Part shown: positions 63,813 to 64,000 of the stretch, piece by piece | How the letters are laid out: each line of letters begins with the position of its first letter | Position numbering within the stretch: the first letter of the stretch is position 1 | Source: Takakia lepidozioides | Lineage: Eukaryota; Plantae; Bryophyta | Assembly: GCA_030704615.1 (NCBI GenBank) | Contig: CM060733.1 | Span: 31,248,001-31,312,000 of the forward strand | DNA: 64,000 nt | Direction: 5' to 3' | Notes under the pieces: generated by a model | What the model saw: only the letters and a program-made list of their open reading frames with translations | The model's database searches: none | What the model was told of the DNA's origin: nothing | Made by a program: the position numbers and the translations under genes

Positions 63813-64000
63813 ATAGTGCAAGAGGCACTGAGTCAGCAACAGCAAGACAGAAATTCCAATTTGGAATTACTACTAGCACAACAAGTTTTAGATACAACAG
63901 CATGGGACACAGGGTTGGAGGAAGCACCACAAAATATCATTCTGCAGGCAATACAAGCATTGGGGCAATTGACAGTTTGTATGAACAAGGCCAAAAATTA

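Larger units (their letters stand above)
54821..64000 (+). mobile_element. Gypsy element B nested in A: LTR 54821-55670, PBS 55673-55690, ORF0, gag, RT-RNase H, integrase, 3' extra ORF; continues beyond the window
   Basis: LTR tgataac...gttaaca; same PBS as A; RT PFGLCNAPATFQR...VFLDDF; RNase H DASG...YSTTEREALA; integrase HHCC region, WGLDFVGP...SDQG...QAE, GPF module. Confidence 0.92.

Overview
Eukaryotic nuclear DNA from a land plant, most likely a non-seed plant (bryophyte, lycophyte or fern). This is inferred from the PLS/DYW PPR style, the PDF-PPR fusions and the non-chromoviral Gypsy lineages. Host genes: an intact 8-exon BAT1-type amino-acid/GABA permease (2244-6564, minus), a 7-exon conserved plant coiled-coil gene with a GC-AG intron and one apparent frameshift (9328-12358, plus), a frameshifted intronless PRLI-interacting-factor-A-like gene (15284-16021, minus), a broken cluster of PLS-class PPR sequence with a partial DYW domain (about 22.5-30 kb), and a CYP85-clan P450 lacking its K-helix exons (41330-45986). 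The rest is transposon-derived: LINE, Copia and pogo fragments, an Athila-type half element, several MITEs, a tRNA-derived SINE family, a TRIM, and two nested Gypsy elements (49.8-64 kb) with a CACTA insertion. Most notable: (1) the PPR locus starts with two intron-split OSB-type PDF ssDNA-binding motifs, giving a PDF-PDF-PPR(-DYW) architecture; (2) a decayed intronless ORF resembling phage T7 gp2.5-type SSB lies just upstream of a Helitron-like GCGAAGC/CTAGT terminus; (3) a TRIM carries a tRNA-like Pol III module inside its LTRs. Several single-base indels fall in homopolymers, so some frameshifts may be consensus errors. All family assignments come from motif recognition by eye; no searches were run.
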